Shown here one piece after another: positions 36,550-46,907 of a stretch of DNA of 64,000 nt. How positions within the stretch are numbered: the first letter of the stretch is position 1; every line of letters begins with the position of its first letter. Both the position numbers and the translations under genes were made by a program. The DNA comes from Pseudomonadota bacterium (GTDB lineage Bacteria > Bdellovibrionota_B > Oligoflexia > Oligoflexales > CAIMVM01), in NCBI GenBank assembly GCA_037142195.1, contig JBAXBA010000001.1, positions 32,001-96,000 on the forward strand, given 5' to 3'. The notes beneath the pieces were generated by a model, which did not search any database, was not told where the DNA came from, and was given only the letters and a program-made list of their open reading frames with translations.

Positions 36550-37793
36550 GAATCGCGATCGTTGGCGGGGGAATTTCAGGAATAGCTGCTGCCCATAAGC
36601 TTTCCGAAAGATACTCTGTAACTCTATTTGAAGCCTCGGATTCCCTAGGAGGACATGCCCATGCTGAGACCATTTTGGTCGATGGCAACGAGATCAACGT
36701 AGACACGGCTTTTCTCATATTCAATAGTCGGACTTACCCACTATTTTCCTCGTTTGTAGAAGAGCTTGGTCTCTCAGGCCTGATAACGTCGGCGGAAATG
36801 TCCAGCTGTTTCGATTCGAAGAAAATAAGCTATTCCCTCGGACTGCCAAATCAAACCATCCGAACCTCTTTCAGACAGTTCACAAAACCTCAATTTATAC
36901 GCCTCTTTTTCGATTTGTGGAGATTTCGAAAGAATGCCGCGAAAGATTATAAGGATCTCGAACGCATAGAAGGTCTTTCCATTGGCATGTATCTCAAAAA
37001 TTACAGCATTACATTTAGAGAGCATTTCGCGCTTCCTTTAATGACTGCTATTTGGTCATTACCAGTTGAAGACGTAGAGCATCATCCCGCGGCCAACGTC
37101 ATTCGCTATTTTGGCAATCATTCACTTCTTGAAGGATCAAGCGATAGGCTTTGGCAAACCTTTTTAGGTTCAAGTCGAGTTTATATTGATGAGTTTAAGC
37201 GCCAATTTAGAGGAAAGGTACGATTAGGAACTCCTATTAAAAAAATAGTTCGCAGCTCGATGGATGCTGTATTGCATGGCTTTCAGGAAGATTTAGGACG
37301 ATTTGATCGGGTTATCCTTGCAACCCATGCAGACACAGCCCTTTCATTGTTAGAAATGCCAAGCCTTCTTGAAGAGAGACTTCTAGGAGCTTGGAAGTAT
37401 CGTAGTCAAGCTGTAACACTACATCACGACTCAAATGTATTACATAAAGACCCCAAGTATTGGGGCAGCTGGAATATGAATGGCTCAATGGATGGTTATC
37501 GCATTTCCTATTATTTAAACCGCCTTCAAAAACTCCCTGTCAGAACCCCTGTGATCTTAAGTTTAGGCGACCAAACCATCGATCCAAGATTAGTTCGAGC
37601 GAAATTCACTTATCGCCATCCAGTGTTCAGCGCAGAATCTGTTTCTACACAACCTTTATTGCCGCACTTAAACACTGGCATAACCGCATTTTGTGGCAGC
37701 TACTTTGGCTATGGCTTTCATGAAGACGGACTAAGATCAGGACTTGAAGCTGCGAAATCTCTTATGGATGATACCTCTAACAAGCCTTCATGA
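36534..37793 (+). CDS. FAD-dependent oxidoreductase (amine oxidase family, cfa-associated)
   Basis: IAIVGGGISG, LGGHA, VDTAFLIFN..TYP, YRHPVF, GSYFGYGFHEDG; ATG 36534 overlaps cfa end. Confidence 0.88.
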   Translation: MSNQLRIAIVGGGISGIAAAHKLSERYSVTLFEASDSLGGHAHAETILVDGNEINVDTAFLIFNSRTYPLFSSFVEELGLSGLITSAEMSSCFDSKKISYSLGLPNQTIRTSFRQFTKPQFIRLFFDLWRFRKNAAKDYKDLERIEGLSIGMYLKNYSITFREHFALPLMTAIWSLPVEDVEHHPAANVIRYFGNHSLLEGSSDRLWQTFLGSSRVYIDEFKRQFRGKVRLGTPIKKIVRSSMDAVLHGFQEDLGRFDRVILATHADTALSLLEMPSLLEERLLGAWKYRSQAVTLHHDSNVLHKDPKYWGSWNMNGSMDGYRISYYLNRLQKLPVRTPVILSLGDQTIDPRLVRAKFTYRHPVFSAESVSTQPLLPHLNTGITAFCGSYFGYGFHEDGLRSGLEAAKSLMDDTSNKPS

Positions 37794-38273
37794 AGTTAAA
37801 TTTCCCCTATGTGTAAACGGCATTGCCATGGCAATATCGATCTCGGCGCCATTCATGATCAAATTTCATACTGAGGCTACTAATTTTGGAGAACTCAATC
37901 TTCTAAAGTAGGAGCTGATGTTGACTGTTTTGAGGCTGTTCCATACTTTCTCAACGCTACTGTTGGATTTCTCTAGTTTTCTCTTTGAAGCTTGAGTGGA
38001 TGCAACTTTGGCGGGCCGAGAAAATCGTCTTAGAAAACTACTTTATCGATCTAGCCCGAATTAGCCACCTTTCAAGTTGAAACGACTATTTTAAAAGTCC
38101 AGGCGGCAGGGAGAGATGGACGCCAAGAAATCATGGAATGACTTGAAATTAGTATTTCGGCATTAGGAGGTTTATATTTTGAAACCTTTTAATTTGAAGA
38201 TCAGAAGAATGATGAGAAGGTAAATGGCTGATGTCTCTACCGCACTTGAGAACTTTAGAATCCAACCTCTGAG

Positions 38274-38627
38274 TCAGTTCAAGGAGCCTGATGGTTCATC
38301 TTGCGTGGGTATCTTTAACTTATTGTCAATGGGAGCGACGCTTGAATTGACCTTTTGTGCACCTTTACGTCCGTCAGATTTTCGAGATTCCTTGATTATG
38401 GAATCCAAGAAATTTTGTGTCATTTGAGCAGATAGCCCAAGGTACTGAACTATCCTTTGGCCAGAGCTGATAGATAGATGATTATGTTCGTTAAAAACTT
38501 CACTAAATCTCGATGCCGAAATCTTGCAGTCGCGAGCAAAGGCTCGTAGCGAATACTTAGGGTTTCGAATGCGCCTTAAATTGAATTCCAGTCGTAACAT
38601 TTCGCGGTAATCGATTGACTTTGACAT
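38274..38627 (-). CDS. TIGR02147-like HTH protein, N-terminal domain only
   Basis: DYREML..EF..RR.RNPKYSLRAFARD..IS.S..SEV pattern; RBS AAGGAG; lacks the usual C-terminal domain. Confidence 0.72.
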   Translation of the reverse strand: MSKSIDYREMLRLEFNLRRIRNPKYSLRAFARDCKISASRFSEVFNEHNHLSISSGQRIVQYLGLSAQMTQNFLDSIIKESRKSDGRKGAQKVNSSVAPIDNKLKIPTQDEPSGSLN

Positions 38628-39008
38628 TTATTCTCCTTCTTGACCCAGGCAGACCTATCTACCTCCGAACAGTTGATATCTGGTGCTGCCAGAATGATCA
38701 ACACCCACAAATTTGGGTATCAAAAAGGTGCACCCAAAGCATCAATTCTAAGGTTACCCTTGGCTCGGCTTGACTGTGGGAGAGAGGTGGGAGAGCTAAA
38801 GAGCACCCCGATTTTGAAGGCGTAGCTGGGCACTGAATCTTGATTATATATTTAATTTCATACACTTGAAGAAGTCTGGTAGGGTTTGGTTTTAGGTTTG
38901 AAGAGTCACTTCATCAGTGACCCGGTCCTACTTTACTAGACTCTTAACTAGGACTTAAGGTCCAGAAGCTATTTGAGCTATCAGAACGCTTTACCTAGCC
39001 ATTATGTA

Positions 39009-40133
39009 CTATTTTTGTTTTCGATTGAGGCTGTTTCTAAGCTCCCGGCGTTTTAAGCCAAAATCGATCATTTGCCGAAGCAAAGTGGAGGAATCTAGAC
39101 CGGAAGCCTCCCAGAGCTTGGGATACTGAGAAATGGAAGTGAAACCAGGAAGTGTATTGACCTCGTTAAAATAGAATTTTCCCGTCTTCTTTTCCAGGAA
39201 CCAATCAATTCTAGCAATGCCGTAAAGTTGAAGTGCCTCGAAGGCTTTGACGGTCAGTTCACGGACATAGGCTTCACTTTTAGCGTCTATGGCTGCTGGC
39301 ACCTGAATCGTAGCTCCAGTTGCTGATAAGTATTTCGCTTCAAAGGTATAGAATTCGGCTGTAGCATTGATTTCCCCTGGTCTAGAAACCTCCGGAATGT
39401 AGGTACCTAGGGCAGCCAACTCTATCTCACGAATGTCGAGGCCCGTTTCGATTAATATCTTTTCATCAAACTCAAATGCAAGAGCAATAGCCCTTTCAAG
39501 TTCTTGTTGATGAGTGACTTTTGAAATGCCAACGGAACTTCCCAATGATGCCGGCTTCACATAAAGAGGAAAGCCCAAGTCCAATGCGGCTTTGAGAATG
39601 GAATCTTTGCCAAGACTCGACCATTTTTCGCGCCTGACAGCAAAGAAAGGTGCCACATTGAGTCCAGCTCTCTCGATTAGTATTTTTGCAATTTCTTTAT
39701 CCATCCCAATCGCAGAGCCTAAAGTATCTGGACCGATATAAGAAAAACCTGTCAACTCAAGAAAACCTTGAAGATTGCCATCCTCACCGTTGGTCCCATG
39801 GGTGACCATAAAAACGCAGATATCTTTAGTATTCAAAGATTTGCTAGTGAGCTTTTCCATGTAGGAAACGATTCTTGCGGCTGGATTCCAGGGTTTAGCA
39901 GGGTCCTCTTCAGGAAGACGCAAGTCCTTCAAAATAGGCAATGATTCTTGAGAAAGAGACAATAGTTTCTTCGGCTCTTGGGGGTGCCAAGCTCCCTCAC
40001 GGTCGATGCCCATCACACCTAAGCAAACATCCACTCGATTCATAAGGGTTTTGATAATAAAGTTTGCACTGCGACATGAAATTTCATGCTCAGAGGATTG
40101 CCCACCATAGATAACAAGAACAGGTGTCGCCAT
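39009..40133 (-). CDS. ddl: D-alanine--D-alanine ligase
   Basis: GGQSSEHEIS, HGTNGEDG, VKPASLGSSVG, NEVNTLPGFT. Confidence 0.96.
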   Translation of the reverse strand: MATPVLVIYGGQSSEHEISCRSANFIIKTLMNRVDVCLGVMGIDREGAWHPQEPKKLLSLSQESLPILKDLRLPEEDPAKPWNPAARIVSYMEKLTSKSLNTKDICVFMVTHGTNGEDGNLQGFLELTGFSYIGPDTLGSAIGMDKEIAKILIERAGLNVAPFFAVRREKWSSLGKDSILKAALDLGFPLYVKPASLGSSVGISKVTHQQELERAIALAFEFDEKILIETGLDIREIELAALGTYIPEVSRPGEINATAEFYTFEAKYLSATGATIQVPAAIDAKSEAYVRELTVKAFEALQLYGIARIDWFLEKKTGKFYFNEVNTLPGFTSISQYPKLWEASGLDSSTLLRQMIDFGLKRRELRNSLNRKQK

Positions 40134-40173
40134 TTTTTTCTCCCTTAGACTGTGTTTTGACTCCCTTTATAGT

Positions 40174-41286
40174 CTACCTGGATTCAAGCAAACTTTGAAC
40201 TGCATCGCCGATCAGTGTTGGTTCTACTTTATCAAAACACTTAGGCTCATTGGTACAGCTCTTCTTCCAACAGGGAGAGCACGTTACGTCGGATTGTATC
40301 TTCACTCCCCTATCATAGAGATCTACTTCTTGGATGCAGCTCACCCCAAACCAAGCTACCACCTTCTTTTTCAGACCAATGGCTATATGCATCCCAAGTG
40401 AACATCCCGAAAGGACAACATCGGCAGTATCCATCCAAAGTATGCCGCTTCGAAGTCCATCTTCAGTTGGCGTATTTACGACCATGGGGTCATCTAAAAA
40501 AAAGCTTTTCATGGACTCTTGACGCGAAGTGTCTTCTGGCCCACCCAAAAGTGCGACGGCATAGTCGGGAAAGCGATTTCGCCACTCACTAATGACTTGA
40601 ACTCCTCTTTCCACGGTAAATTTTTTGTAAGGAAATAGGAGCGAACAACCCGTGTTATAGCCAATAATGCCCGATTTACCCTGAAGAATGGCAGCTCTTC
40701 TTTCCCCGACTAGAATTTTTTCTTCTCTTGTAAGGTCAAGAATATATTCATCTCGCTTAAATGGGAGCCCCATCGACCTCGTAATCTGTTCATTTTCGGT
40801 CATTTGATTGATTTTAAACTTGAGCTCATCATTTAAACCAACATCATATTGATACTGAGCGTGAGGGGAAAAAGGAACAATATTTCCGAATGTGTCCAAT
40901 CCAAAGCCGTATTTTTTTTCTGCTCTTATGCTAGCTGAGAGTGCACCCGCCTCTATGGACTTATCCACACTAAACAAGACATCAAACTCTAGAAACTGAA
41001 TCGCCGCATGATTTTTGGGACTCAGAACCATGATACGGTCGATGTCAGGGTTATTTTGTAGAAGCGGAGAACACATAGGAAGAGTGATCCAAGTGATATG
41101 AACTCCCGGATACTTCTCTTTTATGGGCTTAAGCAAAACCGTCGATCTTAACACGGCCCCCATGGCTTCGAGACTCACAATGACGACACGCGTCCGAACC
41201 TGATCAAAATAAGGGCAGTTGGTGCAGGATCTTTTAAACTGGCATGGTTTGTAACCGTTGAAGTGGCGGCAATCTGTTCTGTACAT
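40174..41286 (-). CDS. Glycosyltransferase family 9 (heptosyltransferase-like)
   Basis: N-terminal CRHFNGYKPC, AMGAVLRST.LL..IK..YP, LGGPED, MHIAIGLKK, CSPC. Confidence 0.85.
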   Translation of the reverse strand: MYRTDCRHFNGYKPCQFKRSCTNCPYFDQVRTRVVIVSLEAMGAVLRSTVLLKPIKEKYPGVHITWITLPMCSPLLQNNPDIDRIMVLSPKNHAAIQFLEFDVLFSVDKSIEAGALSASIRAEKKYGFGLDTFGNIVPFSPHAQYQYDVGLNDELKFKINQMTENEQITRSMGLPFKRDEYILDLTREEKILVGERRAAILQGKSGIIGYNTGCSLLFPYKKFTVERGVQVISEWRNRFPDYAVALLGGPEDTSRQESMKSFFLDDPMVVNTPTEDGLRSGILWMDTADVVLSGCSLGMHIAIGLKKKVVAWFGVSCIQEVDLYDRGVKIQSDVTCSPCWKKSCTNEPKCFDKVEPTLIGDAVQSLLESR

Positions 41287-41335
41287 CCTAACCCTGCTAT
41301 AATGATTCGTATTGTTGTAATAGGGAGATTTTACC

Positions 41336-42205
41336 TTGAGCCGAACAATTCGGGTAATAAAACCTGCTGGTCGCGAAAAAGTGCCTGATTTTTTAGCCCG
41401 ACTCGAGCGGCTAAGAGAAGCTGGCTTTTCAGTCTTTTATGATGAAACCCCCGAAGAGGCAAGTTGGTCTTACACATCTGGATCTATTTCCGATCGAGCC
41501 AGAGAACTTAACTCCGCCCTTAAGAGTGCTTCGCCTGATGTTTTGCTCGCAGCTCGCGGAGGATATGGATCCAGCGACCTCCTGGAACTTGTGGATTGGG
41601 AGTCTCTTAAAGTCTTACCTGAGAAGACAATTGTAGGATTTTCCGATATCTCTGCGCTGCTTTCCGCGGTCTATACTCGTTTGGGCTGGCGAGGCATTCA
41701 TGGCCCTATGCCCGGGTCGTCACTCTGGGAGTGGGGGCCTGACGTGACCTTACTTTTAGATGTCCTTAAAGGGCAAAAGACCGAATTTCAATTTGAGGTG
41801 AAATCGCTCAAGCATGCTCATTCCAATGTTTCCGGGGAGCTCTTTGGGGGCTGTTTTTCCGTTTTAACATCTTTGATTGGAACACCATTTTTTCCTCTTA
41901 GCTTGTCGGGAAAGATACTGTTTTTGGAAGACATCGGGGAAAACCCCGGTAGGCTTATGAGATTTTGGAATCAATGGATTCAATCTGGAGCCACACAGGG
42001 AATCAAGGGCGTTCTTCTAGGGCATTTTTCTGGGGTAGGAGAGCCTTCTGAGAGCCATTGTCAGATTTTTTTTGAGGAATTTGCAAAGCGGGCTAATGTA
42101 CCCGTTTGGCACACTTCGGCTTTCGGGCACAAACAGGAAAACTACCCTATGCCGATGGGAGCCCCTATTAAATTGACAGGATCCACTGCGACTTGGAAAC
42201 TTTAG
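41336..42205 (+). CDS. ldcA: LD-carboxypeptidase (S66)
   Basis: ARGGYGS, GFSDIS, HGPM, FLEDIGE, FGH. Confidence 0.92.
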   Translation: MSRTIRVIKPAGREKVPDFLARLERLREAGFSVFYDETPEEASWSYTSGSISDRARELNSALKSASPDVLLAARGGYGSSDLLELVDWESLKVLPEKTIVGFSDISALLSAVYTRLGWRGIHGPMPGSSLWEWGPDVTLLLDVLKGQKTEFQFEVKSLKHAHSNVSGELFGGCFSVLTSLIGTPFFPLSLSGKILFLEDIGENPGRLMRFWNQWIQSGATQGIKGVLLGHFSGVGEPSESHCQIFFEEFAKRANVPVWHTSAFGHKQENYPMPMGAPIKLTGSTATWKL

Positions 42206-42225
42206 ACAAAAAAGGAATATAAATT

Positions 42226-43722
42226 ATGAAAGACAAAAAAGTTTACTTTATGGGTATTGCGGGAACGGGAATGGCCAGCGTGGCGGGTCTAGCCATGCAA
42301 GACGGCTGGGACGTCAGTGGAAGTGATGACAATATTTATCCTCCTATGTCAACCATGCTCGAGGACGTGGGCATAGTCGTTCAAACTCCCTACGACGAGG
42401 AGCGTTTGAAAAAAATAAAGCCGGATTTAGTGGTGGTTGCCAATGTACTTTCCAAAAACCATAAGGAAGTTGCCGAGCTTTTAAAACTAGGTATCAAATA
42501 TACTAGTTTTCCCGAGTTTTTAGGTCAGCACTTTTTGGCCAAACGTCATGCTGTAGTCGTTGCGGGAACCCATGGAAAGACAACAACAACTTCTCTTTTA
42601 ACACATATATTAAAGGAATTAGGTGAAGACCCTGGGTATGTTATCGGGGGCATCCCTAAGGCCTTCAAGAGGTCGTTTGAGCTTGGAAAAGGCCAAACTT
42701 TTATAGTCGAAGGCGACGAATATGATACCGCTTTCTTTGACAAGGAGTCGAAGTTTCTCCACTACCATGCCAAGCATCTGATTTTAAATAACATTGAATT
42801 TGACCACGCGGACATATTTAAAGACCTAGATTCCATTTACCATATGTTTCAAAAGCTTGTTGCCCAAGTTAAGGATCCGAGCCAAATCATCGCCAATATT
42901 GATGATCCAGGAGTCATTGAACTTTTAAAACGGTCTGGCCTCACGGAAAAAGTTGTTGGTGTTGCTGCCTGGGGAAGAAACATCCACGCGGCCTTTAGGG
43001 TTCTTAGTACCAAAGTACTTAAAGCGAGCGCCGAACAACAAACTTGGGAAGTGGAAATGCGAACCCCTAGATGGGGAGACATTAAGCTAAAAACAGCTCT
43101 TTCAGGTGATTACAATGCCGCGAATCTTTGTCAAATCATGGCTTGTCTTGATTCCATGATGTCAAAGGGGGTGATTTCCCCAGCCAATATCGAGAAGATC
43201 CAAGCCGCGGTACTTAGCTTTCAAAACGTCAAACGCCGCCTCGATTGCTTGGGAGAGGTGAATGATATCATTATTATGGAAGATTTTGCACATCATCCTA
43301 CCGCAGTAAAACTGCTGATTGAATCCTTGAAAAAAAACTTCCCCACACGAAGACTCTTAGTAGCGTTTGAACCACGAAATGCTACTTCCAGGCGAAATAC
43401 CTTTGAGAAAGAATATGGCGAGGTATTGGCTCTAGCAGATATGTCTCTTATCGGTGCTTGCCCAGAGGATAAAAGAATTCCGGAAAAAGAAAGGATGAAT
43501 ACGAGTCGTATCGCAGCTGCGATAGGCAGAACTGCTCAAGCATTTAGCACTAATGAACAGCTTCATGATTGGTTACTAAAAGCTCTTAAACCGCAGGATG
43601 TGGTGGTATTTATGTCTAGTGGCAGCTTTAACGGCATTCAGCATCGCCTCGTTCAATCTTTATTTGCGAAATATAGTCCTGAAGTTGTGAAAGGTGTTGA
43701 AATTAGAGCTCATACCATTTAA
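42226..43722 (+). CDS. mpl: Murein peptide ligase
   Basis: GIAGTGM, YPPMST, VAGTHGKTTT, EGDEYDTAFFDK, DFAHHPTA, FEPR. Confidence 0.92.
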   Translation: MKDKKVYFMGIAGTGMASVAGLAMQDGWDVSGSDDNIYPPMSTMLEDVGIVVQTPYDEERLKKIKPDLVVVANVLSKNHKEVAELLKLGIKYTSFPEFLGQHFLAKRHAVVVAGTHGKTTTTSLLTHILKELGEDPGYVIGGIPKAFKRSFELGKGQTFIVEGDEYDTAFFDKESKFLHYHAKHLILNNIEFDHADIFKDLDSIYHMFQKLVAQVKDPSQIIANIDDPGVIELLKRSGLTEKVVGVAAWGRNIHAAFRVLSTKVLKASAEQQTWEVEMRTPRWGDIKLKTALSGDYNAANLCQIMACLDSMMSKGVISPANIEKIQAAVLSFQNVKRRLDCLGEVNDIIIMEDFAHHPTAVKLLIESLKKNFPTRRLLVAFEPRNATSRRNTFEKEYGEVLALADMSLIGACPEDKRIPEKERMNTSRIAAAIGRTAQAFSTNEQLHDWLLKALKPQDVVVFMSSGSFNGIQHRLVQSLFAKYSPEVVKGVEIRAHTI

Positions 43723-43791
43723 ACCATAACGCATTAGGGTTATAAAACAGCCCCAGGTGGGGCATGAAATTCGTCTTAGGAGATTTAGAAC

Positions 43792-44286
43792 ATGGTAGTT
43801 AAAATTAAAACAGCAGCACTTTTATTGGGCCTCGGTTTTTTCATCTCTTGTACAGATGATGCTCCAAAAACAGCCACTGAACCCGTACAAGCAGGCCAGA
43901 CAACTGGCGCAGAAACTCCAGCTGCTGCTCCAGGCGCAGGGGCTCCAGATTTCGCAAACTCAACTATTTTCTTTGCCTATGATGATTACTCTCTAACCAC
44001 TGAAGCACAAGCCGAGCTTAGCAAAATTGGTGAGTACCTAAAGACGAACACAACAGCTGTTGTGCAAGTGGAAGGTCACTGTGATGAGCGCGGAACCGTA
44101 GAATACAATTTGGCTTTGGGCGAACGCAGAGCTCAGTCTGTTAAGTCGTATCTTGTAAATCTTGGCGTTGCTGATGCCAGACTTTCTACAATCTCTTATG
44201 GCGAAGAAAAGCCAGCGACTGAAGGTCATGATGAAGCAGCATGGGTAAAAAATCGTCGCGCAGCATTTGTATTAACTGTTAAATAA
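43792..44286 (+). CDS. pal: Peptidoglycan-associated lipoprotein
   Basis: Lipobox FISC, EGHCDERGTVEYNLALGERRA, SYGEEKP, NRRA. Confidence 0.95.
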   Translation: MVVKIKTAALLLGLGFFISCTDDAPKTATEPVQAGQTTGAETPAAAPGAGAPDFANSTIFFAYDDYSLTTEAQAELSKIGEYLKTNTTAVVQVEGHCDERGTVEYNLALGERRAQSVKSYLVNLGVADARLSTISYGEEKPATEGHDEAAWVKNRRAAFVLTVK

Positions 44287-44324
44287 TTTTGCGGGGACAC
44301 TTGTACCGCAAGGTTGTGTCCAAT

Positions 44325-44350
44325 AAAGAGGCAGGAAACTGCCTTTTTTT
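44325..44350 (+). terminator. Intrinsic terminator after pal
   Basis: AAAGAGGCAG-GAAA-CTGCCTTTTTTT. Confidence 0.88.
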
Positions 44351-44458
44351 ATTTTTCCACGCCTCCGCATTAGTTTGCATGTTTTGTCGTAAAAGAGTAT
44401 TTTTCTCCTTCAAGGAAATTTCCTTGATTAACCATATTTAGACCATCGGAGGTCCGTC

Positions 44459-46024
44459 TTGGATACGGCTCTGTCTTTCTTGATCATCATCGTAGGCGCA
44501 GCAAGTGGCTTTTTTCTTGGTGCCTATCTACATAAAAAACAACTCACTGCGGCTTTTGAGGGCGCTCAGTCGGAATCAAAAAAGATTCTTGAGGACGCCC
44601 GTCGTGAAGCGGATCAGCTGATAAAGCAGTCTCTCCGTGAAGGAAAAGAAGAAGCTAAGAATCGGCGTAAGCTTTTTGAAGAGGAAGCTAAAAAACGACG
44701 CGCAGATTTTACACGTCTGGAACAGTCCATTCAGTCTAAAGAACAGAATGTTGATAAAAAATATCAAGGCCTTGAACAAAAAGAAAAAGACATTGAGACT
44801 AAAGAAAAGCGAGTTCAGCTTGAAGAAAAGCGCTATGTCAAGCTCTTGGCAGAAGCAGAAGTAGCGTTAGCAAAAACTCAAAAAACACTTGAAAAAGTCG
44901 CTAATATGTCGGCCGACGACGCCAAAAAAGAACTTATGGCGGCCATTGAAAACCAAGCAAGGAAAGAGGCTCAAACCACGATTCGAGCCATCGAAGCCGA
45001 AACCCGCAAAGAAGCTGAAGTTAGAGCACGTTCCATTTTAAGCGTTGCTGTGCAAAGGCTATCTGGTGAATACGTAAATGATTCGACGATTTCCGTAGTT
45101 CAGCTTCCTAGCGAAGAAATGAAGGGAAGAATTATTGGTCGCGAAGGCAGAAATATCAGAGCCATTGAACAGGCTACTGGCGTAGATCTTATCATCGATG
45201 ATACGCCGGAGGCGGTTATTATCTCTTGCTTTAATCCCATTCGAAGAGAGATTGCTAAAATCACCCTGGAGCGTTTGATTGCGGATGGAAGAATTCATCC
45301 CGCAAGAATCGAGGAAGCGGCTGATCGCGTAACTACGGAATTTGATCTTATTTTAAAAGAACACGGAGAGCAGGCTGCCTTTGAAGTTGGGATTACAGAT
45401 CTCCACCCTGAAGTTCTGATTTATCTGGGTAAACTTAAATACAGAACTTCCGGCTTACAGTCTGTGCTTCAACATTCTGTAGAAACCGCCCACCTCTGCG
45501 GAATGCTGGCGTCTGAAATTGGCTTTAATGTGAAACGAGCGAAAAGAGCCGGACTGCTCCACGATCTAGGCAAAGCTGTAGATCAAGAGGCGGAAGGAAA
45601 TCACGCTCTACTTGGTGCGGAGCTGTGTGAAAAATATGGTGAGCATCAGGAAATATTGGAAGCGATTCGCCATCATCACCAAGAAGAGCTCACCAACGTG
45701 GGTCCGCTTGCCGTCATATTGGTCGCTGCCAATACCGTATCTATGGCTCGTCCCGGTGCTCGTAAGGAAGTCCTAGAATCTTATGTAAAACGCCTTGAAG
45801 ACATGGAAGCAATTGTTAAAACGTTTGAGGGAATTGAACAAACTTGGGTCCTACAAGCAGGAAGAGAAGTTCGTGTCATTGTAAAACCCGAAGGTGTTTC
45901 CGATGAAGATGTAGTTGATTTAGCTAACAATATCGCTTTTAAGCTTAGAACAGAAGTCACGTTTCCGGGGCAAATCCGAGTCAGCGTAATTAAAGAAGCT
46001 AAGTTTACAGAGTTTGCCAAATAA
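44459..46024 (+). CDS. rny: Ribonuclease Y
   Basis: N-terminal TM, coiled coil, KH (MKGRIIGREGRNIR), HD (GLLHDLGK), ARPGAR, QAGREVRV. Confidence 0.96.
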   Translation: MDTALSFLIIIVGAASGFFLGAYLHKKQLTAAFEGAQSESKKILEDARREADQLIKQSLREGKEEAKNRRKLFEEEAKKRRADFTRLEQSIQSKEQNVDKKYQGLEQKEKDIETKEKRVQLEEKRYVKLLAEAEVALAKTQKTLEKVANMSADDAKKELMAAIENQARKEAQTTIRAIEAETRKEAEVRARSILSVAVQRLSGEYVNDSTISVVQLPSEEMKGRIIGREGRNIRAIEQATGVDLIIDDTPEAVIISCFNPIRREIAKITLERLIADGRIHPARIEEAADRVTTEFDLILKEHGEQAAFEVGITDLHPEVLIYLGKLKYRTSGLQSVLQHSVETAHLCGMLASEIGFNVKRAKRAGLLHDLGKAVDQEAEGNHALLGAELCEKYGEHQEILEAIRHHHQEELTNVGPLAVILVAANTVSMARPGARKEVLESYVKRLEDMEAIVKTFEGIEQTWVLQAGREVRVIVKPEGVSDEDVVDLANNIAFKLRTEVTFPGQIRVSVIKEAKFTEFAK

Positions 46025-46821
46025 TGAAAATTCTTGCGCTTGGCGACGTCATAGGGCGTCCTGGTCGCCAGGCGCTGGAGTTTTTCCTCTCGAGTCTACG
46101 CGAAGAGTACTCTCCTGATCTCATCCTTGTGAATGGGGAAAATTCTGCTGGCGGTGCAGGAATGACTCTTGCCATATTTGAAGAGTTGACTCACAAACTT
46201 GGAATTGATGTGATCACCATGGGCAACCATTGGATGGACAAAAAAGAAATCTACAATTTTGTTCATAAGCACGAAAACATCGTCCTCCCCGGTAATATGG
46301 GTAATGTCTCGGATCCCCGTAAAGGGCTATTCATTGGAACCACTAAAACCGGGCATCGCTATGCTGTAGCAAATCTTATCGGCAAAGTCTTTATGGTGGA
46401 TGGTAATAAGAATCCCTTTGATTTTGCCGATATGCTTTTTAGCTATGTGCCCGCTTCCGTCCGAGTGAGAATTTTAGATTTTCATGCGGAAACCAGTAGT
46501 GAAAAACAGGCTCTTGGTCAGTATTTGGCAGGTCGTGTCAGCTTAGTCTATGGAACCCACACCCATACTCCAACTGCGGACCATCGGATTCTAAAAAATC
46601 ACACGGGATTTGTAACAGACGTTGGGATGACTGGCCCTTATGATTCGGTCATCGGTATTGACACAGAAGCATCTCTGAGGCGCTTTATTAAAGGCGAAAA
46701 AAAAGGTTGGGGACCAGCTAAAAACGATATTCAACTTCATGGAATTCTTACCGAAATGGATTCCGCTACAGGTCAATGCCTAAAAATCGAGCGCATTCGA
46801 CGAGATTTAACTCCTACTTGA
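46024..46821 (+). CDS. ymdB: YmdB-like metallophosphoesterase (TIGR00282)
   Basis: GDVIGRPG, NGENSAGG, TMGNH, DFHAE, GTHTH, DVGMTG; follows rny. Confidence 0.93.
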   Translation: MKILALGDVIGRPGRQALEFFLSSLREEYSPDLILVNGENSAGGAGMTLAIFEELTHKLGIDVITMGNHWMDKKEIYNFVHKHENIVLPGNMGNVSDPRKGLFIGTTKTGHRYAVANLIGKVFMVDGNKNPFDFADMLFSYVPASVRVRILDFHAETSSEKQALGQYLAGRVSLVYGTHTHTPTADHRILKNHTGFVTDVGMTGPYDSVIGIDTEASLRRFIKGEKKGWGPAKNDIQLHGILTEMDSATGQCLKIERIRRDLTPT

Positions 46822-46907
46822 TGAAGCGCAACTCGAATTTTAAGGCTTTGGACGATGCTCGATATCTGATAGTCTGACTCCGTTATAAACTCTATTCAGG
46901 AATTCAC

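Noticed and set aside
37790..38270. Missing DUF1365 gene after the FAD oxidoreductase
   Set aside because: An ATGA overlap exists, but the frame stops after 8 codons and no similarity is recognisable.
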